Shown here piece by piece: positions 58,826 to 64,000 of a stretch of DNA of 64,000 bases. The notes beneath the pieces were generated by a model. The model saw only the letters and a program-made list of their open reading frames with translations. It ran no database searches and was not told where the DNA came from. The position numbers and the translations under genes were made by a program. Position 1 is the stretch's first letter. Each line of letters begins with the position of its first letter. The DNA lies in sequence record SRR20825019_114; one strand, written 5' to 3'.

Positions 58826-60831
58826 GCATCAAACCCATCAAGCGCCTGCTGATCGCAAACCGTGGCGAAATTGCCATCCGCATCATTCGTGCCGCCAAAA
58901 AACTCGGTATTCAGACAGTTGCGGTTTATTCGGAAGCTGACGCAATCGCCCAACATGTAAAACAAGCGGATCAAGCCATTTGCATAGGCCTGGCGCCCGC
59001 AGCCCAGTCTTACCTTTCTATTGCCAACATTCTTGATGCGATGAAGGCGAGCGGCGCGGATGCAGTTCATCCCGGATATGGGTTTCTGTCAGAAAATGCT
59101 GATTTCGCCAAAGCGATCACAGACGCCGGGCATATATTTGTTGGGCCAAGCGCAGACGTGATTGCCAAGATGGGTGACAAACGCGCGGCACGCCATATCG
59201 CACAGGCGGCAGGCGTGCCCGTAGTGCCCGGATATGACGGCGAAGACACGGACGATGCTCTATTGCTCGCAGAAGCCAACCGCATCGGCACACCCCTGAT
59301 GATCAAGGCGACGGCAGGCGGCGGCGGGCGCGGCCTCAGGCGCATTGACGAGATGAGCGAATTTCATGAAGCGCTGCGGAGCGCGCGGCGTGAGGCAGGT
59401 GCGGCCTTTGGCAGCAGCGCAGTGATGCTGGAGCGCATGATTGAGAGTGCGCGCCATGTTGAGGTGCAGATACTGGCCGACACCTTTGGCACAGTCCTGC
59501 ATCTCTATGAGCGCGACTGCTCCGCACAGCGCAGGCACCAGAAGGTGATTGAAGAAGCACCCTGCAGCACGATTGACGACAAAACGCGCGACGGCCTGTT
59601 AACCGCGGCCGTTAAACTGGCGGAATCAGTGGGTTACACCGGTGCCGGCACGGTTGAATTCCTTGTTGATGAAGCAGGTGATTTCTATTTCCTTGAAATG
59701 AACACCCGGCTGCAGGTTGAACATCCGGTCACCGAGATGATCACGGGCATTGACCTTGTCGCCGCGCAAATTGAAGTAGCTGAAGGCAGAAAACTTGAAC
59801 TAGTCCAAGAGGATATCACCATCCGGGGGCACGCTGTTGAGGCACGGCTTTATGCAGAAGACCCAAGCAATGGCTTCATGCCGCAAACCGGCACACTGGG
59901 CCATTTCGACCTCGCACAGTGCGGCGCAGGTGTGGCGAAAGTGTGCGCGAATGTGCGGCGCGACTGTGGCGTAATTGAAGGCGATACTGTGTCGCCGTTT
60001 TATGACCCCATGCTTGGAAAACTCATTGCGTACGGTGACACCCGCGACAGTGCGATAGCCGGGCTCTCCGCGCTCCTCCGCGATAGCCGTATTGCGGGTG
60101 TGACAACCAACAAAGCATACTTGAACAGCATTCTGGGTTCAGATGAATTCCGTAGCGGCAAAACACGCACCCACAGCCTCGACAGTGCAGAGCCTCAGCC
60201 TCCAATGTCAACGGAAGTGCAAGCCATGCTTGCCGCTGCACTGCTGGAACTTCAGGCGCTGGTGGCATGTCCAATGCCCGGTCTGGCGGCATGGCGCACC
60301 AACTTTGACGCTCATGACCGATTTATTATTGAGGTAGACGGCCAGCGTTATCCGGTGGACGTTACCCCGGTGCAAACGGAAAACGGATGGCAAATCAACT
60401 CAAGCCTCGACCATAAAACCAAACAAACGGTCTGTATTGAAGAAAATACCTACCGATTGGATGGGAAAAAAGAGCGTTTCGCCCGCTATAGTAATGGCAC
60501 CCACCAATATTTTGACATTGGTGACCACCATATTGCCGTGCGGGATATCACCCACGCACCAGCAGAAAACAGCGCTAAAGGCGGCACCGGTATACTGAAG
60601 GCGCCAATGGACGGTCAGGTTGTCGCCGTCGCGGTTGAAACTGGCACGCACGTTAATGCGGGCGACCTTATCTGCGTGATCGAGGCCATGAAAATGGAAC
60701 ATCACATCCGCGCTGATATGAACGGCACGGTCTCAGACATTCAGGCCAAGGTTGGCGACCAGGTCAAAAGCCGGGCGCACCTTGGCACAATCAAACCAGA
60801 CACTTCGAATACGAGGATTGAGAACTCATGA
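58822..60831 (+). CDS. atuF: Geranyl-CoA carboxylase alpha subunit (biotin carboxylase plus BCCP)
   Basis: ANRGEIA, HPGYGFLSEN, RDCSAQRRHQK, EMNTRLQVEH, EAMKM; GTG 58822 overlaps the atuE stop. Confidence 0.82.
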   Translation: MSIKPIKRLLIANRGEIAIRIIRAAKKLGIQTVAVYSEADAIAQHVKQADQAICIGLAPAAQSYLSIANILDAMKASGADAVHPGYGFLSENADFAKAITDAGHIFVGPSADVIAKMGDKRAARHIAQAAGVPVVPGYDGEDTDDALLLAEANRIGTPLMIKATAGGGGRGLRRIDEMSEFHEALRSARREAGAAFGSSAVMLERMIESARHVEVQILADTFGTVLHLYERDCSAQRRHQKVIEEAPCSTIDDKTRDGLLTAAVKLAESVGYTGAGTVEFLVDEAGDFYFLEMNTRLQVEHPVTEMITGIDLVAAQIEVAEGRKLELVQEDITIRGHAVEARLYAEDPSNGFMPQTGTLGHFDLAQCGAGVAKVCANVRRDCGVIEGDTVSPFYDPMLGKLIAYGDTRDSAIAGLSALLRDSRIAGVTTNKAYLNSILGSDEFRSGKTRTHSLDSAEPQPPMSTEVQAMLAAALLELQALVACPMPGLAAWRTNFDAHDRFIIEVDGQRYPVDVTPVQTENGWQINSSLDHKTKQTVCIEENTYRLDGKKERFARYSNGTHQYFDIGDHHIAVRDITHAPAENSAKGGTGILKAPMDGQVVAVAVETGTHVNAGDLICVIEAMKMEHHIRADMNGTVSDIQAKVGDQVKSRAHLGTIKPDTSNTRIENS

Positions 60832-61697
60832 CAGACAAAGTGATCCTGACCTGTGCGCTTACCGGCGTGCTAACAGACCCAAAGGCCCACAACGTGCCTG
60901 TCACGCCGGAAGAAATGGCCAAAGAGGCCAAGGCCGCGTATGACGCTGGTGCCACTATCATGCATTGCCACTATCGTCAGCAGGGCGACGGTAAAGGCCA
61001 CCTCCCTTCTTGGGACGGTGCACTCGCGCTTGAGATTAATGAAGCCATCCGCGCTGCATGCCCGGGTGTTGTGATCAATATGACCACCGGTGTTGTAGGG
61101 CGCGACCAGAACGATGTGCTGGAGTACCTCGCGCACTGCAAGCCCGAAATGGCAGCCTTGAACGCTGGCACGCTTAATTACCTGAAAACCAGACGGGACG
61201 GTAGTTGGGCATGGCCACCCATGACCTTCCAGAACCCTGTGGACAAGGTGGCCGAAATTCTGGCTGTAATGAAAGAACATAACATCGTGCCGGAGTTTGA
61301 GTGCTTCGATATCGGTATCTTGCGCTCTGTCGGGCTTTATATTCACAACGGCATGGTAGACCACGCTGATGTAAACTTCGTCATGGGCGTTGCCTCGGGC
61401 ATGCCGTGCGATGCGGACCTGTTACCGCTCCTCATCAAGTACCGGCCCGAAGGCAGCCCATGGCAGGCCACACTGATTGGCCGCGCAGACGTGTGGCCCG
61501 TGCACCAAAGGGTCGCGGAGCTTGGCGGCAACCTGCGCACCGGGCTTGAGGATTGTTTCTACCTGCCAAATGGCGACAGGGCTCGCTCAAACGGTGAGAT
61601 GATCACCGCCCTTGCAAAATGCGCGGAAAACGCCGGGCGCAGCATCTCGTCGCCTGAAGAAACCCGGGCCACTATCAAATCACAAGCCTGGAGGTAG
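60828..61697 (+). CDS. Beta-keto acid cleavage enzyme (BKACE/DUF849, Kce family)
   Basis: ILTCALTG, VPVTPEE, HCH metal motif, PEFECFD, RTGLED. Confidence 0.9.
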   Translation: MTDKVILTCALTGVLTDPKAHNVPVTPEEMAKEAKAAYDAGATIMHCHYRQQGDGKGHLPSWDGALALEINEAIRAACPGVVINMTTGVVGRDQNDVLEYLAHCKPEMAALNAGTLNYLKTRRDGSWAWPPMTFQNPVDKVAEILAVMKEHNIVPEFECFDIGILRSVGLYIHNGMVDHADVNFVMGVASGMPCDADLLPLLIKYRPEGSPWQATLIGRADVWPVHQRVAELGGNLRTGLEDCFYLPNGDRARSNGEMITALAKCAENAGRSISSPEETRATIKSQAWR

Positions 61698-61704
61698 AAA
61701 CACC

Positions 61705-62883
61705 ATGCGCATAGACCTCAAAACCTTCGGCTTTTCAGAGGATCATCAGGCGATTTATGACAGCGCCTGGAAATACGCTGAAAAAGAACTGCACCCCCTG
61801 CTTTCCCGCATGGACGATGAAGACTGGTTCCCGGACGCCGAGTACCGCGCGATGGCAGACGCTGGCATGCTGGGCACCACCATCCCCGAAGAGCTTGGCG
61901 GCGCGGGCCTCGATTTCATCTCGCAAGCGCTGGTGTCTGAGGCGTTTTCCTACTGGAACCACTGCCTCTCCGCCAGTTGGGGTTCAAGCGAAAACCTGTG
62001 CATCAACAATATTGTCCGCAATGCAAATGACGCTCAAAAAGCCAAATATCTGCCTCGTTTCCTGAAAGGGGCTATCGGGGCACTTGGCCTCACGGAACCG
62101 GGCGCGGGCTCAGATGCGCTCGGCTCTATGGCAACAACCGCCACGCGCGACGGTGACCATTATGTGCTCAATGGCCGCAAGATGTTTATCACCAATGGGC
62201 CGGTGGCCGATATCCTGCTCATCTACGCCAAAACCAACCCGAGCGCAGGCGCGCACGGCATATCTGCTTTCATTGTGGAAAAAGAATTCCCCGGTTTTCA
62301 GGTCGCCCAAAAGCTTGATAAAATGGGCTGGCGCGGCAGCCCGACCGGCGAACTTGTTTTTGATGATTGCCGCGTGCCCGCTGAAAATCTTGTCGGGGCT
62401 GAGAACGGCGGTGTTGCTGTTGTGATGAGCGGGCTGAATATCGAGCGGGTATTGCTGTGTGTTTCCACCATCGGCGTGGCACAGCGTGCGCTTGATCTTT
62501 CAGTCGCCTACGCAAAAGAACGTCAGCAGTTTGGCAAACCCATCGCGCATTTCCAGCTTGTGCAAGGCCTTTTGGCTGACATGTATACGGATGTGGAGAC
62601 CATGCGTGCAACCAGCTATCAGCTCCTGAAGGAAGTGAATAATCTGGAGCGCGGCGGCGGCGGGCGGGGGCCCGTGCATATGCGCACGGCCATGACAGCC
62701 CTGCACACCGGTCGCGCACTGATGCGGGTTCTGGACAGCGCCGTGCAAATCCATGGCGGCATGGGTTTCATGCGCGAGACGGAGGTGAACCGCCTGTATC
62801 GCAGCGGTAAGGTGATTGAAATTGGCGCTGGCACCAATCAGGTGCGACAATCCATCATCGCACAGGAAATGTTGAAGGCTTAA
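61705..62883 (+). CDS. Acyl-CoA dehydrogenase, isovaleryl-CoA dehydrogenase-like
   Basis: TEPGAGSD, NGRKMFITNGP, KLDKMGWRGSPTGEL, EIGAGT. Confidence 0.88.
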   Translation: MRIDLKTFGFSEDHQAIYDSAWKYAEKELHPLLSRMDDEDWFPDAEYRAMADAGMLGTTIPEELGGAGLDFISQALVSEAFSYWNHCLSASWGSSENLCINNIVRNANDAQKAKYLPRFLKGAIGALGLTEPGAGSDALGSMATTATRDGDHYVLNGRKMFITNGPVADILLIYAKTNPSAGAHGISAFIVEKEFPGFQVAQKLDKMGWRGSPTGELVFDDCRVPAENLVGAENGGVAVVMSGLNIERVLLCVSTIGVAQRALDLSVAYAKERQQFGKPIAHFQLVQGLLADMYTDVETMRATSYQLLKEVNNLERGGGGRGPVHMRTAMTALHTGRALMRVLDSAVQIHGGMGFMRETEVNRLYRSGKVIEIGAGTNQVRQSIIAQEMLKA

Positions 62884-62931
62884 CGGGCACAAAAACAAAA
62901 GGTAAGCACAATGCATGACGGGGGAACAGGC

Positions 62932-64000
62932 ATGACAGATCAACAAATCGCATCAGGCCATGTGCTTGAGAACATTGCCCACTGGCGCAATGTCCAGTCC
63001 GACACACCGTGGCTTGTGGACATGAAAGGCGGCCAGCCAGGGCAGACATTCACATGGGCCGAAGGTGGTGCGGTTATCGATAAAGCGTCGTGTGCCATCA
63101 AAGCCACGCTGAAGGTGGCGGGCAAAAAAGCCGCGATCCTTTCCCGCAACCGCGCGCACTGGATACTGGCGGACCTTTCCATCCTGAGCGCAGGCATGAC
63201 CACGGTGCCGGTATTTACCACCATGCGCCCGGAAACCTTCCACTACGTGCTGGATTTTGCGGGTGTTGAGCTTCTGTTTCTGGGCGAAAGCGCAAACTGG
63301 GGTGAAGTGAAAGCGCACCTGCCGGGCGGCATCACCATCATTACCCTGCCGGGCGTGGACACGGCGGAGGGTGACATGACGTGGGATGAGTTCCTGCGAC
63401 TTGGCGACAGTGTACCAACCCCCAAAGTGGATACAGACGCTGTCGCCACGATCATCTTCACCTCTGGCACGACAGGCAAACCCAAAGGGGTGATGCACAG
63501 CCTGAGCACGCTTGAGCGGGCGACAGATGGCTTGGTGGAAGAGACAGAATCCACGCCAAGTTGGCGCTTCTTCTCATACCTGCCGCTGGCGCACCTGGCT
63601 GAACGGCTGGTTATTGAGCTGCATTCTATCCGCGTTGGTGGCACCATCCATTTCAATGAAGGACTGGAGAGCTTTGGCGCTGACCTCCAGTATGCCAAAC
63701 CTGACTATTTCTTCGGTGTACCAAGCATATGGGAGAAAATGGTGCAGGCCGTTCTCGCGGGCGCTGGCGGTGATGCGGCGGCGCTTAAAGCCGCCCTCAC
63801 CGGGCCAAATGCCGCGATGGTTGCGGCAGGCGTGCGGGAAAAACTTGGCCTCGCGAGCGTGAAATCAATGCTCTCTACCACAGCACCGGTGCCGCCCGCG
63901 ATCAAGGAATGGTTTGATCTTTTTGGCCTGAGCCTGCTTGACGGTTACGGCCAGACAGAAATCTTGCCCATCACCACCACGTCAGGGCATGAGCCACGCA
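62932..64000 (+). CDS. Long-chain acyl-CoA synthetase (AMP-binding, AtuH-like), runs off window
   Basis: Not in the ORF track. Manual translation MTDQQIASGHVLENIAHW..., IIFTSGTTGKPKGVMH, SYLPLAHLAER, GYGQTE. Confidence 0.9.
   Translation, partial: MTDQQIASGHVLENIAHWRNVQSDTPWLVDMKGGQPGQTFTWAEGGAVIDKASCAIKATLKVAGKKAAILSRNRAHWILADLSILSAGMTTVPVFTTMRPETFHYVLDFAGVELLFLGESANWGEVKAHLPGGITIITLPGVDTAEGDMTWDEFLRLGDSVPTPKVDTDAVATIIFTSGTTGKPKGVMHSLSTLERATDGLVEETESTPSWRFFSYLPLAHLAERLVIELHSIRVGGTIHFNEGLESFGADLQYAKPDYFFGVPSIWEKMVQAVLAGAGGDAAALKAALTGPNAAMVAAGVREKLGLASVKSMLSTTAPVPPAIKEWFDLFGLSLLDGYGQTEILPITTTSGHEPR

Overview
Chromosomal accessory and metabolic region of a moderately GC-rich Gram-negative bacterium. 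The gene content suggests a marine alphaproteobacterium, but this is inference only. I found no rRNA, tRNA, CRISPR array, transposase or phage gene. In order: a partial PepSY-TM gene and a TonB-dependent receptor; an ALDH/SDR/esterase operon divergent from an alkyl sulfatase and TetR; an EAL phosphodiesterase; phoD; GST/VOC/GFA genes; a MacAB-like ABC exporter; DUF4212-actP; an ECF sigma/FecR/STN-receptor signalling locus; an MMPL/LolA-like/outer-membrane barrel trio with LysR; a Phd/RelE toxin-antitoxin pair with DUF2513; MerR/SnoaL; a STAS-less SulP; NAD-dependent formate dehydrogenase fdsGBA-fdhD; an AraC/BASS/deacylase/TauE module; and an atu-like acyclic terpene cluster that runs off the right end. 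The most unusual observations are: (1) a stand-alone, secreted copy of the receptor's STN signalling domain at the end of the ECF-FecR-receptor locus; (2) a candidate ~230-nt structured RNA with its own promoter and terminator just downstream of it; (3) a short GTGTGGCG-type periodic element found both intergenically in the fds operon and in-frame inside atuF; and (4) an atu cluster with no atuA in its usual position but a BKACE (DUF849) gene. All family calls come from reading motifs by eye; no database searches were run.
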